Notes under the pieces: generated by a model
Seen by the model: the letters and a program-made list of their open reading frames with translations, nothing else
Databases searched by the model: none
Told to the model about the DNA's origin: nothing
Translations under genes and position numbers: made by a program
Shown: piece after piece, positions 9,654 through 19,443 of the stretch
How positions within the stretch are numbered: position 1 is the first letter of the stretch
Layout of the letters: each line of letters begins with the position of its first letter
NCBI GenBank assembly: GCA_964559915.1
Contig: CAZLJP010000002.1
Coordinates: forward strand, 66,423-130,422
DNA length: 64,000 bases
Direction of reading: 5' to 3'
From: an uncultured Candidatus Saccharibacteria bacterium
GTDB taxonomy: Bacteria > Patescibacteriota > Saccharimonadia > Saccharimonadales > JALRHH01

Positions 9654-10085
9654 ATGTGGGAAACTAATCCCCGAATTTGCGAGATTCCTTCAGAAGAGAG
9701 AACCCTAGAACTAGCACAAGAAGTTGGTAGAAATATTTTGGCTGCAACAGTATCGACCGAGCCGGAAGGTATAGCAACTGCATTAGGCTGGAAGTTCGAG
9801 ATTAAGCCTATCAAAAGTGAGGCTCTCGAGGCCCTACTTTTCCCTTTACTACGCGAGAATTGTTTGATTGTTACCATAAACAGTAACTTGGAGCCAAGTC
9901 CTACCCATACTAAATGGCTATTGTGCCATGAAATTGGCCATTCATTGTTCTGGCGTCCAGGGACTCCGCCACAGCGGGGTGTTAGATGGAAGAACCCCTC
10001 CTTTGAACGCAAAGAAGAGGAGTATGCTGACAACTTTGCAGACAAACTCCTCCCAATCCTAGAACAAGGACGATACCATGAGTAA
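9654..10085 (+). CDS. ImmA/IrrE-like zinc metallopeptidase (HEXXH)
   Basis: 143 aa from ATG 9654. WLLCHEIGHSLFW (HEXXH) is followed by EEEYADNFADKLLPIL, the usual downstream E..A..FA..LL.P pattern of COG2856 peptidases. The track start at 9504 overlaps the previous gene and is not supported. Confidence 0.65.
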   Translation: MWETNPRICEIPSEERTLELAQEVGRNILAATVSTEPEGIATALGWKFEIKPIKSEALEALLFPLLRENCLIVTINSNLEPSPTHTKWLLCHEIGHSLFWRPGTPPQRGVRWKNPSFERKEEEYADNFADKLLPILEQGRYHE

Positions 10086-10404
10086 CCCCGAAAATCCTGA
10101 TACAGATAATGGGCCATGGCGTGTACATGCATGCCTAGAGCTTATTGACGAAACAATAGCTATTCATAGGGGGCTTAAGCGCGCACTAGTGAACAAGCTC
10201 AACGGGCTTAACCCGCTGGCATACGATCAGGATTCATCTTTCTATTTCAGCTTTGTAATCCCAGACGGAGACTCTACGGGTCATGAATTTGCACACAAGA
10301 AACTGGCAGAACTTGCAGGTATATTACCACCGACCACTCTAGGGAAATTCGAAATATACCAGGGGCATTACCCTGAACCATTTACGCCAGATTTTAGCAA
10401 TTAG
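10078..10404 (+). CDS. Hypothetical protein (108 aa), coupled to the peptidase gene
   Basis: The ATG overlaps the end of the peptidase gene by 8 nt. No family recognised. Confidence 0.5.
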   Translation: MSNPENPDTDNGPWRVHACLELIDETIAIHRGLKRALVNKLNGLNPLAYDQDSSFYFSFVIPDGDSTGHEFAHKKLAELAGILPPTTLGKFEIYQGHYPEPFTPDFSN

Positions 10405-10422
10405 TGCTGTATTATAAGGCCA

Positions 10423-11001
10423 ATGAAACACGTCATTATATACATTCCTGGGTTAGGGGATAGCAATCTCTCGGGCCGCCGTAAGCTTTTGTCACTATGG
10501 CATTTTAGGAATCTTTCCATCGAGATTTGCTCTATGGATTGGACTATAAAAGAACCGTGGGAAGCCAAACTTGGGAGACTACTTGCTCGTATCGATGAAC
10601 TTGTAGCCGAGGGCAAGACTGTTTCGCTGATTGGTGAAAGCGCTGGTGCAAGCGCAGTAATAGTGACGCTGACTAAGCGAGAAGCAAAACTCAATCGTGT
10701 CATATTGCTCTGTGGCAAATACCAATACCCAGACAAAGTAGCTGCTTACCGTTATAAACTGAATCCAACTTTCAGGGCCGCATTGACCGAATCGCACAGC
10801 CTTGTGCCAAAACTCACCAAATCTCAAAGAGGCAAACTAATAAATCTGCATCCAATCTATGACCCAGTAGTACCCGTAGCAGAAACCAAAATTCCAAAGT
10901 TCAAAGATAACACCATGCCAATTATTGGCCACGCCACCAGCATAGTCTTTGCCAACACCCTCTGGAGCTGGCGCATCGTCCGTTTTGTAAAGTCTAGCTA
11001 A
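10423..11001 (+). CDS. Alpha/beta-fold hydrolase (putative esterase/lipase)
   Basis: 192 aa. Nucleophile elbow GESAG (GxSxG). Candidate Asp (IYDPVVP) and His (IIGHAT). Confidence 0.6.
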   Translation: MKHVIIYIPGLGDSNLSGRRKLLSLWHFRNLSIEICSMDWTIKEPWEAKLGRLLARIDELVAEGKTVSLIGESAGASAVIVTLTKREAKLNRVILLCGKYQYPDKVAAYRYKLNPTFRAALTESHSLVPKLTKSQRGKLINLHPIYDPVVPVAETKIPKFKDNTMPIIGHATSIVFANTLWSWRIVRFVKSS

Positions 11002-11701
11002 TTACTGTGCCGACGGGTTCGCCTTTGGCTACACGGGCAATATTGTCGGGCTTCATAGCGTCAAAGATAACTAGTTTCATGTGATGTTCCATGGCCAGAC
11101 CCATGGCAGCTTTATCCATAACTTTGATGTCATCATCGCTAACGGCTTGCTGGTAGGCAACAGTATCTAGCTTGGTAGCATCTGAATGCTTAGCTGGGTC
11201 TTTGTCGTACACGCCATCTACCTTAGTAGCCTTGAGCACTACGTCGCAGTCGAGTTCCAATGCCAGAGAAACAGCTGCAGTATCAGTGGTTAAATAAGGA
11301 CGGCCAATACCGCCCGCCACGATAATAACGCGGCCTTTTTCGAAGTGTTTGTGCGCCAAGCGATGTACAAACTTTTCGGCCACTTGTTCCGCAAATATAT
11401 TAGACAGGCAGCGCGTTGCCACCCCGTTGTGCTCAAAAATATCTGTCAGGGCCAGGGCATTAATCATGGTAGCAAGCATGCCCATGTGGTCGCCCGTCAC
11501 GCGCTGGATGCCGTGGCCGGCAATCTGTGCACCGCGCATAAAGTTACCACCACCGACCATAATCACCACTTGCGTGCCATCATCGGCAACTTTTTTGACC
11601 TCTTGTGCCAGCCAGCTAGCAGTCTCTGGATCAATACCATTCTCAAACTTACCAGACAGCTGTTCACCTGAAAGTTTGAGTAAAATTCGCTTATACGCCA
11701 T
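10994..11701 (-). CDS. pyrH: UMP kinase
   Basis: Starts MAYKRILLKLSGEQL. Contains VIMVGGGNFMRG and TTDTAAVSLALEL. The 294-aa track ORF extends upstream across the divergent xth gene, so the start is set at ATG 11701. Confidence 0.93.
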   Translation of the reverse strand: MAYKRILLKLSGEQLSGKFENGIDPETASWLAQEVKKVADDGTQVVIMVGGGNFMRGAQIAGHGIQRVTGDHMGMLATMINALALTDIFEHNGVATRCLSNIFAEQVAEKFVHRLAHKHFEKGRVIIVAGGIGRPYLTTDTAAVSLALELDCDVVLKATKVDGVYDKDPAKHSDATKLDTVAYQQAVSDDDIKVMDKAAMGLAMEHHMKLVIFDAMKPDNIARVAKGEPVGTVIS

Positions 11702-11749
11702 TGATTTACAGTCTAGCAGATATGGGGTACGGTCGCTATACTTGTAGCT

Positions 11750-12550
11750 ATGAAGATTTATAGTTGGAACGTAAATGGGATTCGCGCTGTTGTTAAGAAG
11801 GGCGAATTTCAAAAGTTTATGGCCGAACATCAGCCAGATATTCTGTGCCTGCAAGAAACTAAGGCAGAGCAGGGCCAAGCAGAAGTAGATATCACCGGCT
11901 ACGAAGAGTATTGGAATTCATCCCAAAACAAAAAGGGCTACAGTGGCACGGCTATTTTTACCAAGATTAAGCCGATAGCCATCATTAACGATATCCCCGA
12001 AAAGTTTGCACACGATGCCGGACTAGATGCCGACGGCTATGGGAACGCAAACCAAGAGGGCCGCGTTATAGCAGCAGAGTTTGATGAGTTTTATGTTGTT
12101 GGCTGCTACACCCCCAATGCAAAAGATGGTTTAGCACGTATTGATTTGCGCCAAAAATGGGATGCTGCCGTGACTGCATACTGTGCAGACCTGCAGACTA
12201 AGAAACCAGTTATATACTGTGGTGACATGAATGTAGCCCACACCGAAGATGACCTAGCAAACCCAAAGCCAAACATTGGCAAAAAGGGTTTTAGTGATGA
12301 AGAACGCAGCGGTTTTGATAACTGGCTTGCAGCCGGCTTTGTAGACACCTTCCGGTTGTTCACTCAAGGCAATGGTCACTACAGCTGGTGGAGCCATTTT
12401 GCTAATGCCCGTGCTCGTAATGTAGGTTGGCGCATCGATTATTTTCTCGTTTCAGAGAGCATCAAAAACAGAATCACAAAGGCTGAAATCCACGCACAGC
12501 AAATGGGTTCTGATCACTGTCCAGTTAGCATAGAAATCGCCTCTACATAG
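11750..12550 (+). CDS. xth: Exodeoxyribonuclease III
   Basis: 266 aa. MKIYSWNVNGIRA, LCLQETK, DYFLVS and C-terminal GSDHCPV. Confidence 0.93.
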   Translation: MKIYSWNVNGIRAVVKKGEFQKFMAEHQPDILCLQETKAEQGQAEVDITGYEEYWNSSQNKKGYSGTAIFTKIKPIAIINDIPEKFAHDAGLDADGYGNANQEGRVIAAEFDEFYVVGCYTPNAKDGLARIDLRQKWDAAVTAYCADLQTKKPVIYCGDMNVAHTEDDLANPKPNIGKKGFSDEERSGFDNWLAAGFVDTFRLFTQGNGHYSWWSHFANARARNVGWRIDYFLVSESIKNRITKAEIHAQQMGSDHCPVSIEIAST

Positions 12551-12587
12551 AACAAACCAATCAGTACACTTTACTAGATTAGTCAGG

Positions 12588-13007
12588 GTGTATACTGAAG
12601 GTATGAAGCCCGAAAATGTAACTCAAAATCCCCTCAAACAACCATCAACTAAGCCATCTATTGCAGGTGGCATTTTGTCTATCTTGGCATTACTTTCTGC
12701 AGGTATTGCGCACTTTCTCACTCATTCTGAATCACGCTCAACTACAGAGGTAACTACGGCAGTAGGCAAAGTTAAGAGCGGGCCCGTTGCCGATGCGGCA
12801 TCAAACACCGTAACCGGCATACTGAGCATGCCATTCAGCGTGGTTGCAATATTGTTGGGTGGACTAGCCCTATTATTCACCGCTTTGCGCTTGCGCAAGG
12901 TCAGGGTATCGGGCTGGGTATGGAGCATTATCTGGATTTTGATTAGTATATGGGCAATCTCAATAGCAATTGGTGCGATAAGTCTACTTAAGGCAGACCC
13001 GGCGTAG
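12588..13007 (+). CDS. Hypothetical membrane protein
   Basis: 139 aa with about four hydrophobic segments. The start is uncertain; ATG at 12603 is an alternative. Confidence 0.5.
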   Translation: MYTEGMKPENVTQNPLKQPSTKPSIAGGILSILALLSAGIAHFLTHSESRSTTEVTTAVGKVKSGPVADAASNTVTGILSMPFSVVAILLGGLALLFTALRLRKVRVSGWVWSIIWILISIWAISIAIGAISLLKADPA

Positions 13008-13015
13008 CAGCAACC

Positions 13016-13507
13016 ATGCCAAAAGAAACACATCCAGATATTCGCCGCACACTTCTGTTCTTGGTAGACGAAAATAATATGATTCTGCTAGCTATGAAAA
13101 AGCGAGGCTTTGGCGCAGGCAAGTGGAACGGCGTAGGCGGCAAGATAGAAGCAGGTGAGAGCATTGAAGACGCTCTGGTTCGTGAGTGTGAAGAAGAAGT
13201 AGGTGTGACACCGCTATCCTGGGAAAAGGTCGCTGAACTAGACTTCGTGCAGGATTCTAGCTCCGAACCATGGCACATGTATGTACATGCGTACCTCTCA
13301 CGCGAGTGGAAGAACGAACCTACAGAGAGCGAAGAAATGCGGCCGCAGTGGTATGACATACAACACATTCCATACAGCGAGATGTGGGATGACGATAAGC
13401 TCTGGCTACCACTGGTACTCAGTGGTAGCAAGGTGTATGGTCAATTTGCTTTCGACGAGAACGATAAGATGCTTAAACACACCATTCGCCCTACGGAAAG
13501 TTTCTAG
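13016..13507 (+). CDS. NUDIX hydrolase (MutT-like)
   Basis: Nudix box GGKIEAGESIEDALVRECEEEVGV. Confidence 0.88.
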   Translation: MPKETHPDIRRTLLFLVDENNMILLAMKKRGFGAGKWNGVGGKIEAGESIEDALVRECEEEVGVTPLSWEKVAELDFVQDSSSEPWHMYVHAYLSREWKNEPTESEEMRPQWYDIQHIPYSEMWDDDKLWLPLVLSGSKVYGQFAFDENDKMLKHTIRPTESF

Positions 13508-13509
13508 CC

Positions 13510-14289
13510 ATGCAGTCGGACTACTGGCTACGCCAAACCAAAGATAAGCCACTATTTCCTGACATGCTCTGGAGCAGGCCAGAGAATAAGCGGCACGCTG
13601 GCAAATTAGCAATTATTGGCGGCAATCTACACGGCTTCGCGGCTCCAGCTACTGCATTTACTGCGGCTCAGTCTGCGGGTATAGGACATGCAGCCGTAGT
13701 ACTGCCAAATGCTATTCAAAAATTAGTTGGTGGGTTTTTACCCGAAGCACGGTTTACACCCAGCACACCAAGTGGTAGCTTTGGCAGCCAGAGTCTCGCG
13801 GAATTACTGGACTCAGCCAATTGGGCTGATGGCGTGCTACTGGCGGGTGACTTAGGCAAAAACAGCGAAACAACCGTACTAATCGAAGCGTTCTTAGACA
13901 AGTATCGCGGCCAGCTTACCATTACTCAAGACACGCTAGATTTACTCACCGCAACACCGCAAACTCTACTCAGCCGACAAAATACTACGATAGTAACTAG
14001 CTTTAACCAGCTGCAAAAACTTGCCAAACAAGCAAGATTTACGACAGCATTTACCTCTGATATGGGGCTCGTACGATTGGTAGAGGCATTACACGAACTA
14101 ACGCAGCAATATACGGCAAATGTAGTCGTAGCATACGAAAATCAAATTGTCATAGCAGTAGATGGACGGGTAAGTAGCACGGGGCTTTTGGCCGAACTAC
14201 CAATCATAGCAGCTCATGCCAGTGTCTGGTGGCTACAACATCCCAATCAGCCGTTTGAGGCATCGACAACATCCCTCGTATCTATATAG
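13510..14289 (+). CDS. YjeF C-terminal / carbohydrate-kinase-like protein (NAD(P)HX dehydratase family, tentative)
   Basis: 259 aa. GKLAIIGGNLHGFAAPATAFTAAQSAGIGHAAVV and DGVLLAGDLG...TITQDTLDLL resemble the family pattern by eye. Confidence 0.45.
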   Translation: MQSDYWLRQTKDKPLFPDMLWSRPENKRHAGKLAIIGGNLHGFAAPATAFTAAQSAGIGHAAVVLPNAIQKLVGGFLPEARFTPSTPSGSFGSQSLAELLDSANWADGVLLAGDLGKNSETTVLIEAFLDKYRGQLTITQDTLDLLTATPQTLLSRQNTTIVTSFNQLQKLAKQARFTTAFTSDMGLVRLVEALHELTQQYTANVVVAYENQIVIAVDGRVSSTGLLAELPIIAAHASVWWLQHPNQPFEASTTSLVSI

Positions 14290-14307
14290 GATAGACAAAC
14301 ATACTTA

Positions 14308-15105
14308 TTGTGTCATAATATTCGCACTATGGCCGTTGAGTTACTGTCTACAGAAGAAGTTTGGGATAGAGACACTAGTCCCTTCATCAATAACCTCAAT
14401 ACCGAACAGCAGGCCGACCAGCTGATTCGTTGGGGAGCTTTTTCTGATGCTCAAAAAATATTAGACGAAGGTATCCACGACCCAGCTAGTAGTGTGGTTA
14501 GGGCAGGAAGATTGTTACTTAAACGCTGTACATTACCACTTTTAGAGCTGGATTGGCGCAACAACAACCGTACCGCAACCGATCCAGAACTCGTAGCCAG
14601 TGCCGAAAGTGTACACAGCGAGCTGGGGATACTTATGGAAATTGGTCTTGATTACATCAGGCATGCATCGTGGCGCTACAGCCGTGATTCCAAGAAAAAT
14701 ATGATAGGTATCGTAAGTGAAGCTACGTTGCTTGCAGTTGGGGCAAGATACTTTAACCAAACAGGTGAGTCATACATTATTCCCGGAACATATGATGAAG
14801 ACAGGAATGGTGGCGCATTTGCGACTGATATGCGCCTAGTACACGCTGACAGACATCAGCCAACACGCCGCATTCAGGCCAAAACAACGCGCATCGATGA
14901 CCACAGCGAAAAGTATAACCACAGAGTTGCAGTTATTGGCGTCAACGACCTCGACCCAACGGGATACACCAGGCACCGTAACCCTAACTCTATTTATCGT
15001 ACGATTATTCGTGAGCTTGAGGGCGGAAGTACAGAAGAAGATATTGAGCTGCTCGATGGTGCGATGGATACTATATTCAAATTAACGGCAACTGAGCCAA
15101 ATTAA
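14308..15105 (+). CDS. Hypothetical protein
   Basis: 265-aa ORF; ATG 14329 is an alternative start. The segment ATDMRLVH...RIQAKTT is faintly reminiscent of a PD-(D/E)xK core, which is speculative. Confidence 0.5.
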   Translation: MCHNIRTMAVELLSTEEVWDRDTSPFINNLNTEQQADQLIRWGAFSDAQKILDEGIHDPASSVVRAGRLLLKRCTLPLLELDWRNNNRTATDPELVASAESVHSELGILMEIGLDYIRHASWRYSRDSKKNMIGIVSEATLLAVGARYFNQTGESYIIPGTYDEDRNGGAFATDMRLVHADRHQPTRRIQAKTTRIDDHSEKYNHRVAVIGVNDLDPTGYTRHRNPNSIYRTIIRELEGGSTEEDIELLDGAMDTIFKLTATEPN

Positions 15106-15132
15106 AAACTCCCTCGTAACGAGGGAGTTTTT
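15105..15132. terminator. Bidirectional terminator hairpin
   Basis: AAAAACTCCCTCG-TAA-CGAGGGAGTTTTT lies between the + strand ORF and the minus-strand tRNA-Leu. Confidence 0.8.
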
Positions 15133-15154
15133 GAAAGCAATTTTTCTTTGCATA

Positions 15155-15239
15155 TGGTGCCGGAGGAGGGACTCGAACCCTCAAGGATTGCTCCACGCGA
15201 TTTTGAGTCGCGCGCGTATACCAATTCCGCCACTCCGGC
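15155..15239 (-). tRNA. tRNA-Leu (anticodon CAA), CCA encoded
   Basis: The reverse complement reads GCCGGAG-TG-GCGGAATTGGTATACGC-G-CGCGA-CTCAAAA-TCGCG-long variable arm-GAGGG-TTCGAGT-CCCTC-CTCCGGC-ACCA. Confidence 0.92.
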
Positions 15240-15379
15240 TCCAAATGTAAAGAAAGTCTACCAATTCCGTTCGCCGTCGGCTCTGCTCTAACGGGGCTAT
15301 TTTACTACAGGAGTGACATAATCCCAAGGTAATACGGTCTAACTATTAGCGGTTTCAGGTATAATTACATTAAGAAGTT

Positions 15380-16567
15380 ATGGACCCACAGAACCCAATC
15401 CAGCAACCCAACCCAATAAGCCCACAATCAGAGGGGGCTAATCCCGCAGTAGACCTCATCCGCAAGAAGCTAGAGTATTTGTATGCAGACGAGCCAAAGG
15501 CCAAGACAGAGATTACAGAAGTCCAGCACATGCAACATCGCTCCAAGCACCAGGAATTCATGTACCAATTAAGCACCTCTGGCAAATCGTTGGCCGAAAT
15601 CCAAACGCAGTGGCACAAATATTACACAGAACTTCCAGACAACGAAAAACATCAGGTCTGGCAAGAATTCTATGTCAATTACAACAAACAAGACAGTGCA
15701 CCAGCACACAGCCCAGACCCGCACCAGAATGTGAAACCCCTGGCCGCTCATCCTGCCCACCACACAACCAGCCGTAAAGCAGAAAACCGGACTATAACCG
15801 AGCTTAAAAAGCAGCTTTTAGGCACCGTCGGCAGTCGTGCCCAGCTGCAGCGTAAGGAACATCTCAAGTCACTCGGTTTTGGGCTGAGTATGGGGCTGCT
15901 GGCCATGCTAATATTCCTGTTTGGTTTCTTTAACGAGCGCTTTATTGCACCGTTTATTACGCCGAGCCGTACTGTCAGTTCAACATCTATTATCATTGAC
16001 CCGGGCACCAGTGCCGTGGGACCAGAATCAAAAGTCATAATCCCCAAAATCAATGTTGAAATCCCTGTGGTGTACGATGAGCCCACGATTGATGAAAAAG
16101 CCATCCAGAACGCGCTAGAGAAGGGTGTAGTACACTATCCAACCACTCCGAACCCCGGCGAAATAGGCAACGGGGTAATATTTGGCCACTCGGCTAACAA
16201 TATCCTCAACAAGGGCAAGTATAAATTTGCATTTGTGTTATTGAAGAAATTAGAAGCAGGGGACATATTCTACATTCAAAAAGATGGCAAACGCTATGCC
16301 TATAAAGTCTTTGATAAAAAAATCGTGCCGCCAACCGAAGTATCTGTACTGTATCCAAGCTTTACAGACAAACCTAGCACCTTTACCTTGATTACTTGTG
16401 ATCCACCAGGCACTAGTCTGAACCGACTGGTTGTATACGGTGAGCAAATTGCACCAGACCCAGCTGCTAATGTTGCCAGTACCGCCAAGCAGGTAAATGC
16501 ACCTCAAACCCTGCCAAGCAATTCACCAACCCTGTGGTACCGCATCACCCATTGGCTCGGTGAGTAA
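15380..16567 (+). CDS. Sortase-family transpeptidase with long N-terminal region
   Basis: 395 aa. The C-terminal sortase motifs are VIFGHS (His), TLITCDPPG (Cys) and NRLVVYGE (Arg). The N-terminal ~170 aa are Pro/Gln/His-rich and are followed by one TM. Confidence 0.85.
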   Translation: MDPQNPIQQPNPISPQSEGANPAVDLIRKKLEYLYADEPKAKTEITEVQHMQHRSKHQEFMYQLSTSGKSLAEIQTQWHKYYTELPDNEKHQVWQEFYVNYNKQDSAPAHSPDPHQNVKPLAAHPAHHTTSRKAENRTITELKKQLLGTVGSRAQLQRKEHLKSLGFGLSMGLLAMLIFLFGFFNERFIAPFITPSRTVSSTSIIIDPGTSAVGPESKVIIPKINVEIPVVYDEPTIDEKAIQNALEKGVVHYPTTPNPGEIGNGVIFGHSANNILNKGKYKFAFVLLKKLEAGDIFYIQKDGKRYAYKVFDKKIVPPTEVSVLYPSFTDKPSTFTLITCDPPGTSLNRLVVYGEQIAPDPAANVASTAKQVNAPQTLPSNSPTLWYRITHWLGE

Positions 16568-16583
16568 ATTACGCTGAAGACAA

Positions 16584-16603
16584 AAGCCGCCTTTTGGCGG
16601 CTT
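16584..16603. terminator. Hairpin between convergent genes
   Basis: AAGCCGCC-TTTT-GGCGGCTT. A T-tract follows on the minus strand, downstream of the 491-aa gene. Confidence 0.6.
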
Positions 16604-16609
16604 GCAAAA

Positions 16610-18085
16610 CTATTCTTTGCCGAGGTTTAGGTCTGTGCGAACCAGTCCAAGCTGGCTGGCATCGGACACGCGAGGACTCACCGTAAACAGCTGGTTGTAG
16701 TCACGATCAAATAGCGGCGTAAAACCAGCACTCGTGCCGAGTAGGGTTTGGCGATTGATACCGTCATAATCAAACACCACCATTTTGCCGTCACTCACCA
16801 GCATCAGGCGGTGGCCGTCCATCCAGGTAGCTTTCTCGCCGGCAGCAAGACTCAACCCCGTATCGTAGCTGTAGGGCCGTTCGGTTTCCAAATCATAAAC
16901 AGAAAAGCGGCTGCCGCCCTGCACGCTAATGAAGCGAGCATTGGCAGAAAACGCCAGATACTGAGCACCATTCACGCGCATAATCAGGTTTTGGATTAAC
17001 GGTCTCTTGGTGTCTTGTTTAAGTGTATCTATGGGGTTCTTGTAGACATAGACTTTACCATCTGCGGTAGAACCACTCACGACAAAAGTATCACCGTCAA
17101 ATTCTGCCATATTAAGCAGATATGCACTGCCACGAGTCACCTGGCGAATATCGTAGGTCACCTGACCATCCTTCAGCTTGATAAGTGTTTTGTCCTCAGG
17201 CGCTGTGGCATTCGTAGCGTATAAGATGGTGCTCGATTTGTATGGCCAGAAGTCCAGCACATTGCTTGCCACTGCAGTTACGACCTTGTCCTTAGAACTA
17301 GCTGCCTGTAGTACGCCGCCCTCTGCGCTATATACATAGAACTCATCCGCCGATTTATCTCGCAACGTTACCTTGGTAAAGCTCCGGCTAAAGACCTGTG
17401 ATAAATTAATGCTTTTATCGGGTTGTTCGCGGTCAAACACAATATAGTCATAGCCGCCATCATAGCTATATTTGATAAGCAGGTGGCGATTGTCGGTGGA
17501 CCACTCAGCTGCTTCCATTCGCAGATTACCAGTACGAGACGCCAACACACTGGCTGGGATACTCGCCGTAGTTGTTTTGAGCTCTTTAGTATTGGTGCTA
17601 ATTACCTGGAAATCACGTGGTGCAGCGGCGTTATGCGCCACAATCCAGTTACGGTCTGGTGAGGCACTGGCAATATCTGGCGCACTAGCAAATGGTAATA
17701 CATCTCGGCTATCAAGCTTGCTCGGAAAGAGGAAGGGGTACACCAGACGTACAATCACGCCACCATCCAGCGTAAAATCACGCTTCCAGCTGCGGTAACC
17801 ATCACGCTGTAACTCCAATGTATAATGGCCGGCCTCTAGCACAAAGCGACCATCCGTTCCGCCCTTATCTTGACCATTGATATACATCTCGGCCTGTTGC
17901 GGGTGAGCATCAACAAATACCAAGCCATTCTGAATCACCTCACCGGTAGTACCCTTAAGAGTGTAGCCAAACGCCGCGAGTAGCAGTAGCGTCGAAGCCA
18001 ACAGCAGTGCGATGGCTACAAGTACATAACCAATGTAGAGGCGTATTCGGTGGGCGCGTTTTTTGTTGGGATCAAGAAAATCCAT
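16610..18085 (-). CDS. PEGA-domain membrane-anchored protein
   Basis: 491 aa. N-terminal TM and a PEGA-like segment AEMYINGQDKGGTDGRFVLEAGHYTLELQRDGYRSW. The long remainder is beta-rich. Confidence 0.6.
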   Translation of the reverse strand: MDFLDPNKKRAHRIRLYIGYVLVAIALLLASTLLLLAAFGYTLKGTTGEVIQNGLVFVDAHPQQAEMYINGQDKGGTDGRFVLEAGHYTLELQRDGYRSWKRDFTLDGGVIVRLVYPFLFPSKLDSRDVLPFASAPDIASASPDRNWIVAHNAAAPRDFQVISTNTKELKTTTASIPASVLASRTGNLRMEAAEWSTDNRHLLIKYSYDGGYDYIVFDREQPDKSINLSQVFSRSFTKVTLRDKSADEFYVYSAEGGVLQAASSKDKVVTAVASNVLDFWPYKSSTILYATNATAPEDKTLIKLKDGQVTYDIRQVTRGSAYLLNMAEFDGDTFVVSGSTADGKVYVYKNPIDTLKQDTKRPLIQNLIMRVNGAQYLAFSANARFISVQGGSRFSVYDLETERPYSYDTGLSLAAGEKATWMDGHRLMLVSDGKMVVFDYDGINRQTLLGTSAGFTPLFDRDYNQLFTVSPRVSDASQLGLVRTDLNLGKE

Positions 18086-18183
18086 CGCTATGAATTATAT
18101 ACGAGTTAGGCAACCGACGACATGGTTTTCTATCCCAGTTTGGTAATTTAGGTTGCAATAGGCGGTCATTCGGCGGTACTATA

Positions 18184-19275
18184 GTGCTACAAGATAAAAC
18201 GCTTAAGGTAGAGATTACAAAACTAATGTCAAAACATACCGTAGAGGTCAACGGGCAACGATACGATGCCATAACCGGCGAACCTGTTGCTATTTCATCT
18301 ACCAAGCACAAATCAAGCGCTCCAGCCAAGAACCTTGACGGCTTCACTCGCCGCCCTAATAGCGCACCAAACACTGCCCAAACACGCACCGAGAAGTCCA
18401 GGACACTGATGCGCTCTGGCGTACATAAGCCGGCCGTTAGCCCCAAAATCCACGCCGCCACCAAAGCTGCTGCCACAAGCACCCCAGCTCAGCCAGACCA
18501 ACCACGCATTGCACCAATTTCTGCTGGCCGCGCCATCCGCGCCAAACATATCGCCAAAAGTGACCTTATCAGCAAGTTTGGCAAATCCGCGCCAAACCTC
18601 AAACTGGCCGTCGTACCCGTAAAAGAGCCACACAAAACAGTAGAAAGTGTCGCTGAACCAAAACCAGTTTCACACCCCGCTGTTCACCACCAGGCTGCTC
18701 ACACACCAGCCAAGGCTGCTAACCCATTCCAAACTGCAATAGAACAAGCTGATAGTCATACTCAGCCAAGACTCAAAAAAGCTAAAGTGCACCACCGTGT
18801 TGCTAAGAAATTACATGTCAGCCCACGCTTGGTTAGCTTTGCTGCCGTCACGCTGATGGTACTTGGTGTTGGCGGCGTGTTGGCTTATCAAAATTATCCA
18901 GAATTATCTATGCGCGTCGCCGCTACTAGGGCAGGCTTTGGGGCTAGTTTGCCCTCATATCAGCCTGCTGGCTTTGCCATGGCCGGCGCTATCAAATACG
19001 CACCAGGCGAAGTAACGCTCAACTACAAGTCACATACCGACGAGCGCAGTTTTGATGTTATTCAAAAGAACTCCGGCTGGGACAGTGCAGCGTTGCTCGA
19101 AAATTATGTGGTACCAACCGGTAAGCCATACCAGACATTCCAATCTGGTGGTCGCACTATTTACATCTATGATAGCAATAAAGCCACCTGGGTAGATGGC
19201 GGCGTCTGGTACAACATCGACGGCAAAACCAACCTCAGTAGCGACCAGCTACTTCGCATCGCCAACAGTCTATAG
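18184..19275 (+). CDS. Hypothetical membrane-anchored protein (DUF4367-like C-terminus, tentative)
   Basis: 363 aa. Basic, Pro/Ala-rich N-terminal half, one TM (LVSFAAVTLMVLGVGGVLAY) and a C-terminal globular domain. The start is uncertain (alternative ATG 18226). Confidence 0.5.
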   Translation: MLQDKTLKVEITKLMSKHTVEVNGQRYDAITGEPVAISSTKHKSSAPAKNLDGFTRRPNSAPNTAQTRTEKSRTLMRSGVHKPAVSPKIHAATKAAATSTPAQPDQPRIAPISAGRAIRAKHIAKSDLISKFGKSAPNLKLAVVPVKEPHKTVESVAEPKPVSHPAVHHQAAHTPAKAANPFQTAIEQADSHTQPRLKKAKVHHRVAKKLHVSPRLVSFAAVTLMVLGVGGVLAYQNYPELSMRVAATRAGFGASLPSYQPAGFAMAGAIKYAPGEVTLNYKSHTDERSFDVIQKNSGWDSAALLENYVVPTGKPYQTFQSGGRTIYIYDSNKATWVDGGVWYNIDGKTNLSSDQLLRIANSL

Positions 19276-19375
19276 AATTAATTGTTTGCAATATATCCAC
19301 ATTGTGGTATTATTTTACTTGCTAAATCTTGAGAGATTTTTGCACCTTGCAGACGTTTTATACAACCCCAAGACT

Positions 19376-19443
19376 GACCGGTCGATAGTAGTAGCATGCT
19401 CAATGCTCCCAACATAAGTAATGTCACCTACTATCGACCGGTC
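19376..19443. repeat. 16-bp perfect inverted repeat (long hairpin) in the gltX upstream region
   Basis: GACCGGTCGATAGTAG (19376-19391) is the exact reverse complement of CTACTATCGACCGGTC (19428-19443), with a 36-nt loop. Confidence 0.85.

Noticed and set aside
11702-11878. 59-codon N-terminal extension of pyrH in the ORF track.
   Set aside because: It runs across the promoter and start of the divergent xth gene. UMP kinases begin at the MAYKRILLKLSGE-type motif found at 11701.
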